Shown in pieces: positions 1 to 12,122 of a DNA stretch of 48,329 nt (within the stretch, counting starts at the first letter, position 1; the number at the start of each line of letters is the position of its first letter). The notes below the pieces were generated by a model. That model searched no databases. It saw only the letters and a program-made list of their open reading frames with translations, and was not told the DNA's origin. Source of the DNA: a bacterium UBP17_UBA6191 (GTDB lineage: Bacteria; Muiribacteriota; UBA6191); assembly GCA_002422125.1 (NCBI GenBank), contig DITF01000082.1, positions 1-48,329 of the forward strand, in the 5' to 3' direction. The translations under genes and the position numbers were made by a program.

Positions 1-75
1 ACAACATCTTTGCCGGATCACGAAAGTAATTGGCTTTCAGCCATTCCCTTTGATTCTGTACCTGGATCGAAAACA

Positions 76-1464
76 TTAAAGCGCTTTCTGAAACAAAGTA
101 AATACCACAAGACTTAAAATCAGACCAATTAGTCCAACCATTAAACCAGCTTTAAGCATATCTGATTGCGAAACACGGTTACTGGCATAGGCTAACGCAT
201 TTGGGGGGGTTGAAACGGGAAGAGCCATTGCCAATGAACAGCTAAAACAACTCACAAGGATCAAAACAGTGGCTCCACTTTCTCCCCACTGCATTCCCAT
301 TGCCGCAACCAAGGGCAATACCAGATTGGCGGTAGCCGTAGAGGACATAAAATTTGATAGGACAAAACACAAAATGGCAAAAATGACCGACATCATCACC
401 ATACTTAAGGAACCCAGAGGCAGATTTTGAACAATTAGACTTGAAAGCCCTGTTTTCTCCATAGAGTCCCCTAAGGCGACCCCTCCAGCAACCAGCCACA
501 AAACATCCCAGCTCATATCCCTAAGTTCAGGTTTACCCACAATTTTTGTCGCCGAAAATATACATACTGGCAATAAGGCCACTGTATAGGAGTTTAACCC
601 ATGCCAGGCCCCTGTAAGCCAAAGCACCACTGTTAATGCACACACAACATATACTACATAAGCATCAACAGATTTCAAAAACCGGCCCGTCATATCGATC
701 TGAATTGATTTAGTCGCCGAGGGAAACATGACTATCAAAATGACCCATAACAAAAATAGAATGAATACCATGTAGGGCACTGCAAACTGCATCCAGCCCA
801 TAAATGAAACTGGATGAATTTCCATCAGATATTTTAAGGCAATGGCATTAGGTGGAGTACCTATAGGGGTGCCTAACCCACCAATATTGGCCGCAAATGG
901 GACCGCAAGAATCAGGGCTTTCTGTAATGGATCTCCTTGAGACAAGCCAGAAATTACGGGCATTACGATGGCCAGCATCATTGCTGTTGTAGCCGTATTT
1001 GACATAAACATCGAAAACACGGCTGTAATTAAAATCAATCCCAGCAAAACCATTTTAGGATTTTGTCCAAAGGGTTTTAATAAAACCCTAGCCAAATTTT
1101 TGTCGAGTTTAACCTTGGTGGCGGCTGAGGCCAGAAAAAAGCCACCTAAAAACAAGATTAGAATCGGGGAAGCAAACACTCCCAGAATTTCTTCCCAGCT
1201 TAAGGGATTTTGTCCAGGACCAAGAGCAGGAATCAAACTTAATGGTCGATTGGATAACATCATTAGTTGTAAAAAAATTATCCACAGGGAGGCCGCGTAA
1301 ACTGGAAACGGTTCTAAAACCCAAGCCGAAACCGCAAAAACAAAAATCGACATTACCCGCAGGTGAATCTCAGAAAAACCCTCTGGTAAGGCTGAGACTG
1401 GAATCATGAGCACTAAAAGTGGTGCAAAAATTACAAAAAGTAGTCTCCAGTTTTTCATAAACAA
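76..1464 (-). CDS. DASS/SLC13-family anion:Na+ symporter (di/tricarboxylate or sulfate type)
   Basis: 462-aa polytopic membrane ORF. It has two hairpin SNT-type motifs (FMSNTATTAMM and FMSSTATANL). It also has paired GTPIGTPPNAIA / PVSTPPNALA motifs, characteristic of DASS (VcINDY-like) carriers. Confidence 0.8.
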   Translation of the reverse strand: MFMKNWRLLFVIFAPLLVLMIPVSALPEGFSEIHLRVMSIFVFAVSAWVLEPFPVYAASLWIIFLQLMMLSNRPLSLIPALGPGQNPLSWEEILGVFASPILILFLGGFFLASAATKVKLDKNLARVLLKPFGQNPKMVLLGLILITAVFSMFMSNTATTAMMLAIVMPVISGLSQGDPLQKALILAVPFAANIGGLGTPIGTPPNAIALKYLMEIHPVSFMGWMQFAVPYMVFILFLLWVILIVMFPSATKSIQIDMTGRFLKSVDAYVVYVVCALTVVLWLTGAWHGLNSYTVALLPVCIFSATKIVGKPELRDMSWDVLWLVAGGVALGDSMEKTGLSSLIVQNLPLGSLSMVMMSVIFAILCFVLSNFMSSTATANLVLPLVAAMGMQWGESGATVLILVSCFSCSLAMALPVSTPPNALAYASNRVSQSDMLKAGLMVGLIGLILSLVVFTLFQKAL

Positions 1465-1467
1465 AAT

Positions 1468-2631
1468 TTAGTCTTTGGAAACATGCTGATCGATTTGCAA
1501 AGAATATTCATATTTTTTGAGGGCCAGAGCCACAATTTTTTTGGAAATCGGATCCTCTGCGGCCTGAGCTGCCTCAATATGTTCTGAAAAAATTGCATTG
1601 CAGAACCTCAAGAGATTTCTGGGAGATTTATTGGCCTTCATGACAATAAACTCATCCACCTTATCCTTGATCTCCTCTTCGCAAATCGTTCCAAGTTTTC
1701 CAAACATTCGGCCTTCTTTGTTAAAGGCCATGATGCGTTTTTTTAGAACTTCTGCCAATTTTTCATCCGTCCAGCTAATGGTCTGATTCTGAACCTTATC
1801 GTTTCTAAAACCACTGGCTTTCAGATTGTTAACACATTCCGCCGGCACAAAAAATTTGAATGCGTAAAAATCCCTTTGAATGACCTCAAGGGAAGAGATT
1901 AATGGTCCTAGAAGGATTCCTGCCTTATCTGGCTCCTTCATGGTGCGATTGGTTTCATCAAGCCTATCAATAAAAACATAGGCCGAAACGAATCCAAGAC
2001 CTTTTAACACACCCGCTAGACAGTCCATGGTGTGCACAGACCGTTCAATTACTTCTGAATCGGGGGTTTCTGGGGTCAGATACAAGCCCCTGCCCTGCTT
2101 CTTAGGATATGTGCGCAAGAGTTTTTCCATAAAACTCTGAAGCTTGGGGTACAATTCCTGTTTTTCCGCATCTTTGAGATGAATTTCAAAAAGATGAAAA
2201 AGAAACTCCTTGGCCGCAACTTTTAAGCGTTTTCTTGAGGTTGGTGAGGTGCTTAAGAGCTTGGAAAACTCCAAGGCCATTAGTCTAAATATTTCCATCA
2301 TGTGATCTCTTAAAACCACATCCTTTAGTTCCTTCTGCTTGGTAAAGGGGAAATTGGAATAATCCACACAAAAAATTCGACCAGAATATTGGTCTTCAAT
2401 CCTTTGGGTCAGCATTTTCCTTAAGGTGGTTTTTCCAAATCCACGCATACCTAGAACTAAAAATGCCTGTGGATCCTCTGCCATTCCAAACACAGATTCA
2501 AAATAAGGCGGCAAAACCACAAACTGACCGAGGTCTTTTTCCTTGTCCGCATCAAAGGTGTTAAATGGATGAGAAGTCAAACCCTTAGCTTTTAAAAACG
2601 CTTTCATTTCAATCATTGACCCGTCTCCCAT
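1468..2631 (-). CDS. Orphan P-loop NTPase (AAA/ORC-like or STAND-like fold), function unknown
   Basis: Walker A is LGMRGFGKTTL and Walker B-like is AYVFIDRLDE, followed by a helical C-terminal region. The start overlaps the upstream FtsB-like ORF by 19 nt; alternative in-frame Met codons lie a few codons downstream. I recognise no specific family. Confidence 0.55.
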   Translation of the reverse strand: MGDGSMIEMKAFLKAKGLTSHPFNTFDADKEKDLGQFVVLPPYFESVFGMAEDPQAFLVLGMRGFGKTTLRKMLTQRIEDQYSGRIFCVDYSNFPFTKQKELKDVVLRDHMMEIFRLMALEFSKLLSTSPTSRKRLKVAAKEFLFHLFEIHLKDAEKQELYPKLQSFMEKLLRTYPKKQGRGLYLTPETPDSEVIERSVHTMDCLAGVLKGLGFVSAYVFIDRLDETNRTMKEPDKAGILLGPLISSLEVIQRDFYAFKFFVPAECVNNLKASGFRNDKVQNQTISWTDEKLAEVLKKRIMAFNKEGRMFGKLGTICEEEIKDKVDEFIVMKANKSPRNLLRFCNAIFSEHIEAAQAAEDPISKKIVALALKKYEYSLQIDQHVSKD

Positions 2632-2969
2632 TCCACAATAAACTCGTCCGGTCGAATCAGTTTTAGTCTGCGTCTGGCAATTTTTTCCTGACCAGAATCA
2701 GTTTTTAGACTTTCTATATTATTCTGTATTTCCCGATTCTCTTCAGCTAAAATTTTAACTTCCGATTCCAGTCGCACAATTTCAGACCGTTCTTCCTGAA
2801 TTTGACGATATTTCTCAACATAAACCTCTGAGATCATCATAAAAAACACAAACAAAACTAAAAAAACCAAAAAAAAAGCTATCCAACTATGATTGGCCTC
2901 AGTCTTGATTTCAGGAAGCTCCCGTAGGGGGCGCAAATTTAAGGGTATAAACTCTTTTTCTTCTGTCAT
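2613..2969 (-). CDS. Septum formation initiator family protein (FtsB/DivIC-like)
   Basis: 118 aa with a single N-terminal TM helix (WIAFFLVFLVLFVFFMMI) and a coiled coil (EERSEIVRLESEVKILAEENREIQNNIESLK). The C-terminal EKIARRRLKLIRPDEFIV motif is typical of FtsB/DivIC. Confidence 0.7.
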   Translation of the reverse strand: MTEEKEFIPLNLRPLRELPEIKTEANHSWIAFFLVFLVLFVFFMMISEVYVEKYRQIQEERSEIVRLESEVKILAEENREIQNNIESLKTDSGQEKIARRRLKLIRPDEFIVEWETGQ

Positions 2970-2985
2970 TACCCAACATGATACG

Positions 2986-3024
2986 AAAAAAAAGCTTCCA
3001 TCGCACGAATGATGCGATGGAAGC
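2986..3024 (-). terminator. Rho-independent terminator downstream of gyrA
   Basis: On the minus strand: a 12-bp perfect stem GCTTCCATCGCA (3013-3024 pairing with 2994-3005), a 7-nt loop, then T8 (A8 at 2986-2993 on plus). It begins 10 nt after the gyrA stop. Confidence 0.85.
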
Positions 3025-3033
3025 CTGCCACAA

Positions 3034-5673
3034 TTATTCTACTTCGGCTTCTTCAGAAGCACCATCGGGGAGATCCCCGCTGATTCGTGAAACACCTACC
3101 AAAACATCTCCCGAGGATAAGTTAATTACCTTAACCCCTTGAGTAGCTCTTCCGTAACATGGAATTTCACTAACCTGCATGCGAATTACCTTACCAGAAC
3201 TGGAAATCAAAATGATGTTGTCCTCATCCTTAATCTCCATAAATCCAACCACATTGCCAATCTTGTGATTGACCTTAATGTTTAAAACCCCTTTTCCGGC
3301 TCGGTTGGTAATACGATAATGACTCAGCCTGGTTCTTTTTCCATACCCTTTTTCCGTAACCACTAAAAGAGTAGGCTGTGATGAGTCGGCAATTTCTTCA
3401 GACTCCCCATCAGACTCGCTCTCAATCTCAGGCTCAGAAATAGACTCGGATACTGGCTCTGACTCAACATCTAAAACTTCTACCCCATCTTCAATTCCGG
3501 CTTCCAATAGAGGCACAGAATCACCAAGAGACAGAATCTCCATACCAATTACAAAATCTTCCTCGACCAGCTCAATGCCTTTGACTCCCTGGGAAACACG
3601 GCCCACACTGCGAACCTTGGCTTCAGGAAAACGAATGGCCTTGCCAAGATAAGTTCCCATTACCAACTGCCGTGTATTGTCAGAAATTTTCACTCCCACA
3701 ACCTCATCATTTTCGGTTGCAAAACGAATGGCTAAAATTCCATTTTCACGAACCGCAGAGGCATATTCTGAAAGTGGTGATTTTTTTACCAATCCTTTTT
3801 TAGTCACCATTGTGATGTAAAGACTGTCCCCATTGTCATATTGCCCATCCACACTGGACTGAACCGGAATCATGGTTGTGACTTTTTCGCCTTCAATCAG
3901 GTTTAAAAAGTTCACCATTGCTTTACCCTTAGAGGTTCTTGAGCCTTCGGGTAAAGTATGGGCATATCTGGCAAAACAGCGACCCTGATTGGTAAAAAAG
4001 AGGATATAGTCAAAGGTATGGGCAACAAATATGTCGTTTACGAAGTCATCACTACGCATAGACATTCCACTCATGCCCTTACCGCCCCGATTCTGTTGTG
4101 AATAGGTGGCTAGTGGCAAAGACTTCAGATACCCAGTGTTCGTCACAGTTATCAACTTAGGTTCATTAGCTAAAAGATCTCTAAGGTTAATCTCTCCGGC
4201 ATCAAGAATAATTTCTGAACGCCTTTCATCCCCGTACTTCTCACGAATCTCCATAAGCTCGGTTTTGATGATGTCAAAAACCATGGTTCGATTGGCTAAA
4301 ATTTCCTTGTAATGAGCAATTAACTTCTCTAGTTCTTCTAGTTCTTCAACAATTTTTTGGGTTTCCAAACTTGTTAAAGTCGATAAACGCATAGCCAGAA
4401 TTGCTTTGGCTTGAATTTCGGAAAATTCAAATCTTTCCATCAATCGTTCTCTGGCCAGATCCGTATTGGAGCTGGATTTAATAATCTGAATCACTTCATC
4501 AATATTATCCAGAGCAATTTTTAGGCCTCGTAAGATATGGGCTCGTTCTTCGGCCTTTCTTAATTCATATCTAGTTCTTCTGGTCACCACATCAAAACGG
4601 TGAGAAATATAAATACCTAAAAGCCTGGGAAGATTAAGGATTTCCGGGCGGTTCTGCACCAGAGCCACCACATTCACCCCAAATGAACTCTGAAGAGCGG
4701 TGTGTTTCAAAAGATGGTTTAAAACTATCTCCGGGTTTTCTCCCCTTTTTAACTCCACTACAATGCGCATGCCCTTTTTGTCTGATTCATCCCGCAGATC
4801 ACTAATGCCTTCGATTTTTTTATCGCGCACCAGATCAGCGATGTTTTCAATCAAGGAGGATTTGTTCACCTGAAAAGGAATTTCCGTGACAATAATGGCC
4901 TCTTTGTCCTTACTGACTTCTTCGGTGTGGGTCCTGGCTCGCATCACAACCCGACCACGGCCCGTTTTAAAGGCATCTACAATGCCGCGGCTGCCAACAA
5001 TATAACCACCAGTCGGAAAATCAGGTCCCTTGATGACTGTCATCAATTCTTCAACGGTGACATAGGGGTTATCCATGTACATAAAAAGAGCATCAATGAC
5101 TTCTCTTAGGTTGTGAGGTGGTATTTTTGTCGCCATCCCCACAGCAATTCCGTCTGCTCCGTTTACCAAGAGATTGGGAAACTTGGCTGGAAGTACAATT
5201 GGTTCCTTCAAAGACCCGTCAAAATTGTCCTGAAAATCTACTGTTTCTTTATCGATGTCAAACAGAAGCTCTTCGCCCAGAGCTTTCATTCTGGCTTCTG
5301 TATAACGATAGGCCGCGGCCGAATCCCCATCAATGGATCCAAAATTTCCCTGACCATCTACAAGTACATAGCGCATGGACCAAGGTTGAGCCATTCGAAC
5401 CATGGTTTCATAAATGGCGGAATCTCCATGAGGATGGTACTTACCCATGACCTCCCCAACAATCCTGGCCGATTTTTTAAAGGCTGCATTGTGCCGAAGA
5501 TCCAGATCCATCATCCCATAAAAAATCCGGCGATGAACTGGTTTTAAACCGTCTCTGGCATCGGGTAATGCACGGGAAACAATCACGCTCATGGCATAGG
5601 CTAGATAGGAATTTTCCATCTCCACTTTGATGGGAATATCAATAATTGTGCTGCGATTGATTATATCTTCCAT
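3034..5673 (-). CDS. gyrA: DNA gyrase subunit A
   Basis: 879 aa. The QRDR-type motif is [20 protein letters not shown] and the active-site Tyr context is [11 protein letters not shown]. The CTD has beta-pinwheel repeats. An acidic Glu/Ser-rich insertion sits in the CTD. Confidence 0.97.
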   Translation of the reverse strand: MEDIINRSTIIDIPIKVEMENSYLAYAMSVIVSRALPDARDGLKPVHRRIFYGMMDLDLRHNAAFKKSARIVGEVMGKYHPHGDSAIYETMVRMAQPWSMRYVLVDGQGNFGSIDGDSAAAYRYTEARMKALGEELLFDIDKETVDFQDNFDGSLKEPIVLPAKFPNLLVNGADGIAVGMATKIPPHNLREVIDALFMYMDNPYVTVEELMTVIKGPDFPTGGYIVGSRGIVDAFKTGRGRVVMRARTHTEEVSKDKEAIIVTEIPFQVNKSSLIENIADLVRDKKIEGISDLRDESDKKGMRIVVELKRGENPEIVLNHLLKHTALQSSFGVNVVALVQNRPEILNLPRLLGIYISHRFDVVTRRTRYELRKAEERAHILRGLKIALDNIDEVIQIIKSSSNTDLARERLMERFEFSEIQAKAILAMRLSTLTSLETQKIVEELEELEKLIAHYKEILANRTMVFDIIKTELMEIREKYGDERRSEIILDAGEINLRDLLANEPKLITVTNTGYLKSLPLATYSQQNRGGKGMSGMSMRSDDFVNDIFVAHTFDYILFFTNQGRCFARYAHTLPEGSRTSKGKAMVNFLNLIEGEKVTTMIPVQSSVDGQYDNGDSLYITMVTKKGLVKKSPLSEYASAVRENGILAIRFATENDEVVGVKISDNTRQLVMGTYLGKAIRFPEAKVRSVGRVSQGVKGIELVEEDFVIGMEILSLGDSVPLLEAGIEDGVEVLDVESEPVSESISEPEIESESDGESEEIADSSQPTLLVVTEKGYGKRTRLSHYRITNRAGKGVLNIKVNHKIGNVVGFMEIKDEDNIILISSSGKVIRMQVSEIPCYGRATQGVKVINLSSGDVLVGVSRISGDLPDGASEEAEVE

Positions 5674-5690
5674 AAAATTATCCTTATTCC

Positions 5691-8446
<2,756 letters not shown>

Positions 8447-8449
8447 AAT

Positions 8450-9820
8450 CTACCTTTCAAAATCTGTCTCCAGGCGTTTTTTTAAGTCTTCAATCCTTTG
8501 TGCTTCCCAGTCATCAGAATGAAGAATTTTTTGAATTTTGTTCATGGCATGAATCACCGTACCATGATCCTTTCTACCAAAACCTGAACCTATCTGTTGC
8601 AAGGTTAAGTTAGTCAGTTCACGAATCAAAAACATGGCTACTTGCCTTGGATAAGCTACACTCTGATTTCTACTTTCAGATAATAAATCCTCAAGTTCAA
8701 TCCCATAAAATTTCGCCACTTCAGATTGGATAGTTTCCATGCTCAGCCTGGGTCGATTATTCAAAAATGAACACAAGGCTTCCTGAATCAATGTCCTATC
8801 CGCTTCCCGATTTCGAAAAGATACTTGGGTTGCCACTGTGATGAAGGCCCCACGAATATCCCTGACATTGGAACTAACCGAGATGGCCAGATACTCTATT
8901 GCATCATTGCTCATGGGAATTCCATGGTGTAAAACCAGATTTTTAATGATCGCCATTCGTGTTTCTAAATCCGGCAATTGAATGTCCGCAACCGATCCAC
9001 CCTTAAACCGTGACATCAAACGATCATTGAGATTTTTGATTTGATTCGGAGTTCTATCCGATGCCAGCACAATCTGTTTTTCCTGCTCAAACAGGCGATT
9101 AAAGGAATGATAAAATTCTTCTTGAAAAGATTCTTTGTCGGATAAAAATTGAATGTCGTCGACCAATAAGGCATCAACCTCGCGAATCCTGCGAAACTTG
9201 GAAAAATTCTTACTTCGAATGGCATCCACAAACTCATTTAAAAGGGTCTCACAGGAAATATATCGAACCACCTTGTGCGGAAACTCTTTTTTAATCTGAT
9301 TGCCAATGGCATGTAAGAGGTGAGTCTTGCCAAGCCCAACCTCTCCATAAATGAACAAAGGATTGTAACTAATTCCTGGATTGGCAGCTACCGCCTTGGC
9401 AATTTCATAAGCATAGCGGTTGGAACCACCCATAACAAAGGAATCGAATGTAAAAGTGGAATTGAGATTAGAGGCAATATCATCTACAAGGCTCTCTTCA
9501 GACACCTTGGCTTGTGCAGTAGGCAAAACCGATGTTTCCAAGGAAACTACCTCATGAACACTCCAACTAAGCTTAAATTTTTCTCCAACAAAAAACATTT
9601 CCTGAAAAAATCGGGCTATCCTATCGTCTAATCTTCTTTCTCGCAAGATGGAAATCATCAAATCTGAGGGAGCAGCCATTTCCACCCCATCATCAGTGAT
9701 GGAGAAAATTCTGATTCCTTGCAACCAGAGCAAATCTGATGGCTCAAGTTGATTTTGCAAGCTTTTTTGCATCTCAGCCAATACTTTATTGTAATCCAAA
9801 TATCTTAGAAAGTTATTCAC
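8450..9820 (-). CDS. dnaA: Chromosomal replication initiator protein DnaA
   Basis: 456 aa. AAA+ Walker A is GEVGLGKTHLLHA and Walker B is ALLVDDIQFL. The domain IV signature is GRKDHGTVIHAMNKI. The annotated start is GTG at 9820, inside a DnaA box; an in-frame ATG 16 codons downstream is an alternative. Confidence 0.95.
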   Translation of the reverse strand: MNNFLRYLDYNKVLAEMQKSLQNQLEPSDLLWLQGIRIFSITDDGVEMAAPSDLMISILRERRLDDRIARFFQEMFFVGEKFKLSWSVHEVVSLETSVLPTAQAKVSEESLVDDIASNLNSTFTFDSFVMGGSNRYAYEIAKAVAANPGISYNPLFIYGEVGLGKTHLLHAIGNQIKKEFPHKVVRYISCETLLNEFVDAIRSKNFSKFRRIREVDALLVDDIQFLSDKESFQEEFYHSFNRLFEQEKQIVLASDRTPNQIKNLNDRLMSRFKGGSVADIQLPDLETRMAIIKNLVLHHGIPMSNDAIEYLAISVSSNVRDIRGAFITVATQVSFRNREADRTLIQEALCSFLNNRPRLSMETIQSEVAKFYGIELEDLLSESRNQSVAYPRQVAMFLIRELTNLTLQQIGSGFGRKDHGTVIHAMNKIQKILHSDDWEAQRIEDLKKRLETDFER

Positions 9821-10366
9821 AATTTTATTAACCTATTCACAATTGGCTTCTGATGCGGGTTTGACTCCATGATCACAATTTGGGATCCACTATCCATGCT
9901 TTCCCACAAAAATCTTCGTTTATTCACAACTCTTGTTTAAAGTTTCGTAGTTATTCACAAATTGTCTTTAACTCTCACTATATTCTGACTACTCCCAATT
10001 TATTCACACTCCCTTGCCCGTTTCTGTGAATAACACAGGACCAGTTTATATCGCTTAGGATGCTGGATTTGAGGTTATTCCATACAGTTACTCACAAATT
10101 CACAGTCCCTAATAATATAGACTATAAAAAGGAGATGTATTATAGAGTATGGTATTAGACCCGGCAAGGCATCTTTATTGCCATAACTCAACTTTATCCA
10201 TCTTTTTTGATTTGTTAAACATTTGGCCTATGTTTCACGGCTAAATTCATTCACATATTGTTCATAGAATGTGAATACATGTTTCACAGGGTCTCGGATC
10301 AAATTCAGGCCGTTTATCAATGGTGGTCTTTGTTTGTGGGTGTTGGTATTTGTTTCACGTGAAACC
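9813..10366. other. oriC: DnaA-box cluster plus AT-rich element in the dnaA-parB intergenic region
   Basis: Exact 9-mer TTATTCACA occurs at 9813-9821, 9920-9928, 9951-9959 and 10000-10008, and inverted (TGTGAATAA) at 10025-10033. One-mismatch variants are at 9833-9841 (CTATTCACA), 10088-10096 (TTACTCACA), 10247-10255 (TCATTCACA) and 10270-10278 (TGTGAATAC, inverted). AAATTCACA at 10096-10104 has two mismatches. A strongly AT-rich stretch at about 10105-10165 is a candidate unwinding element. Its position between dnaA and parAB is classic for oriC. Confidence 0.85.
10351..10366. promoter_or_regulatory. parS centromere-like site (15/16 match), inside oriC
   Basis: TGTTTCACGTGAAACC compared with the canonical parS TGTTNCACGTGAAACA. 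The core GTTTCACGTGAAAC is a perfect 14-bp palindrome. Half-sites TGTTTCAC also occur at 10231-10238 and 10281-10288. Confidence 0.8.
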
Positions 10367-10476
10367 CTTAAAATTTTGGCTAAAATGGATCGAAAATACG
10401 GCTTGAAATTGATCGATTGTTCTTGTGGGTATGTAAATCCACAGAATTAAGTTGTTGCGGATCCTTAGGGGATTAT

Positions 10477-11325
10477 TTAAATCGAGTTAAGAAAGGCTTC
10501 GATTTCTTCTTCAGTTTCAAAGCGGAGTTCAAGGCGAATTCCGTGGGCATTGGCATTTATAGAGAATGGCACCTTAATTTTATCTTGCAGATTTGATTGT
10601 AAACTGGCGGATATAAGTCTGCCAGAGCTCTTTCTTGATTTAGTATCCTGTCGCTTGTTCAGTAGATCTTTGACAAAATTTTCGACTTGTCTGACATTTA
10701 GACCTTGAACAATTACATCATTGGCGGCTTTTTTTAAAAGCTCCTCAGATTCAATGGCTAGGAGGGCCCTAGCTGCCCCAGGACTTAAGACCTTGTTTTT
10801 GACATAGTCCAACACGGCTACAGGCAGGCGTAATAATCTTAGACTGTTCGTGATGTAAGTACGGCTTTTACTTAAACTACTGGCCAAGTCTTCATGAGTA
10901 AGCTTTAATTCCAGGGCCAGTCTTTGATAAGAAATTGCCTCTTCAATGGGGTTAAGGTCTTCTCTTTGAATATTCTCAACCAATGCATTCACCAGCATTT
11001 GCTGGTCATCATAGTCCTGTACATAAGCGGGAATTTCAGTTTTTCCTAATAGGCAATAAGCGCGAAACCTTCGTTCTCCATATACAATTTGCCAACTATC
11101 TGCGGATTGTCTTACAGTAATAGGCTGCAAAAGCCCATTTTTTTCAATGGAATCGGCTAGTTCCTGAATAGACTCACTGGAAAAATGGGTTCGGGGCTGG
11201 AAAGGGTTTGGTACTATTTTTGCAGTTGGCAATAATACAATCTTTCCCTCTTCAACAGGAGAACTGGTACTGGATTTTAAGAGGGCCCCTAGCCCCTTTC
11301 CTAATGCCCGCTTTGGTTGAGACAT
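10477..11325 (-). CDS. parB: Chromosome partitioning protein ParB (Spo0J)
   Basis: 282 aa with ParB motifs GLGALL, IVPNPFQPR, LLQPITVR and VYGERRFRA, plus an HTH region. Confidence 0.93.
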   Translation of the reverse strand: MSQPKRALGKGLGALLKSSTSSPVEEGKIVLLPTAKIVPNPFQPRTHFSSESIQELADSIEKNGLLQPITVRQSADSWQIVYGERRFRAYCLLGKTEIPAYVQDYDDQQMLVNALVENIQREDLNPIEEAISYQRLALELKLTHEDLASSLSKSRTYITNSLRLLRLPVAVLDYVKNKVLSPGAARALLAIESEELLKKAANDVIVQGLNVRQVENFVKDLLNKRQDTKSRKSSGRLISASLQSNLQDKIKVPFSINANAHGIRLELRFETEEEIEAFLNSI

Positions 11326-12080
11326 TTAAGCATCTCCCGTGTAAATTCCAGATAGTTTTGAGCCCCCGTAGATTTTTTGTCATAATAGTTAATGGGTAGC
11401 CCATGACTAGGAGCCTCAGATAATCTCACATTTCGAGTAATAATGCTTTTAAACACATGTTGCGGAAAGTGTTGGGTTACTTCTTCAATAATTTGTGTCG
11501 TCAGGTTGGTTCGATTATCAGCCATGGTTAAGAGTATGCCTAAAATGGATACTTCTGGGTTTAAATCAGCCTGAATGAGATTAATGGTATTTAGAAGCTG
11601 AGTTAATCCTTCTAGGGCAAAATATTCACATTGAAGCGGGATTAGAATATCTGTGGATGCTGTTAGGGCATTTACAGTCAGAAGTCCTAAGGATGGGGGA
11701 CAGTCAATTAAAATGTAGTCATATTTGTGTTTCAAAAGTTTTAGGGCTCGCTTGAGCTTATTTTCTCTGGACAATTCTCCGACTAATTCAATTTCTGCCC
11801 CAGCCAGTTGAATGGAGGCGGGCAGGATATCTAAGTTACTAATTCCTGTAGGTTGAATCACCTGAGAAGGATCAGTATCATCAATCAGGCAATTGTAAAT
11901 GCATTTTTTGTAGGCGTTTTTCTCCATACCAAAACCGGAAGAACAATTCCCTTGTGGGTCAAGATCAACGGCTAAAACCTTTTTTTTGGTTTCTTCGGCC
12001 AAAGTTGAGGAAACACTAATTGTTGTAGTTGTTTTCCCAACCCCACCTTTTTGATTTACCACAGATATGATTCTGGTCAT
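11301..12080 (-). CDS. parA: Chromosome partitioning ATPase ParA (Soj)
   Basis: 259 aa. Deviant Walker A is NQKGGVGKTTT. Other motifs are VDLDPQGN and ILIDCPPSLG. It overlaps the parB start by 25 nt. Confidence 0.93.
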   Translation of the reverse strand: MTRIISVVNQKGGVGKTTTTISVSSTLAEETKKKVLAVDLDPQGNCSSGFGMEKNAYKKCIYNCLIDDTDPSQVIQPTGISNLDILPASIQLAGAEIELVGELSRENKLKRALKLLKHKYDYILIDCPPSLGLLTVNALTASTDILIPLQCEYFALEGLTQLLNTINLIQADLNPEVSILGILLTMADNRTNLTTQIIEEVTQHFPQHVFKSIITRNVRLSEAPSHGLPINYYDKKSTGAQNYLEFTREMLKCLNQSGH

Positions 12081-12122
12081 CTATGTTCCTTCTGCTTGAC
12101 AGCAAAACAGGTTAACTATTGA

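Noticed and set aside
10231-10288. TGTTTCAC at 10231-10238 and 10281-10288 as additional full parS sites
   Set aside because: Only the left half of the palindrome is present (TGTTTCACGGCTAAAT and TGTTTCACAGGGTCTC). They may be weak ParB half-sites or degenerate DnaA boxes (TTTCACA), but they are not bona fide 16-bp parS sites.
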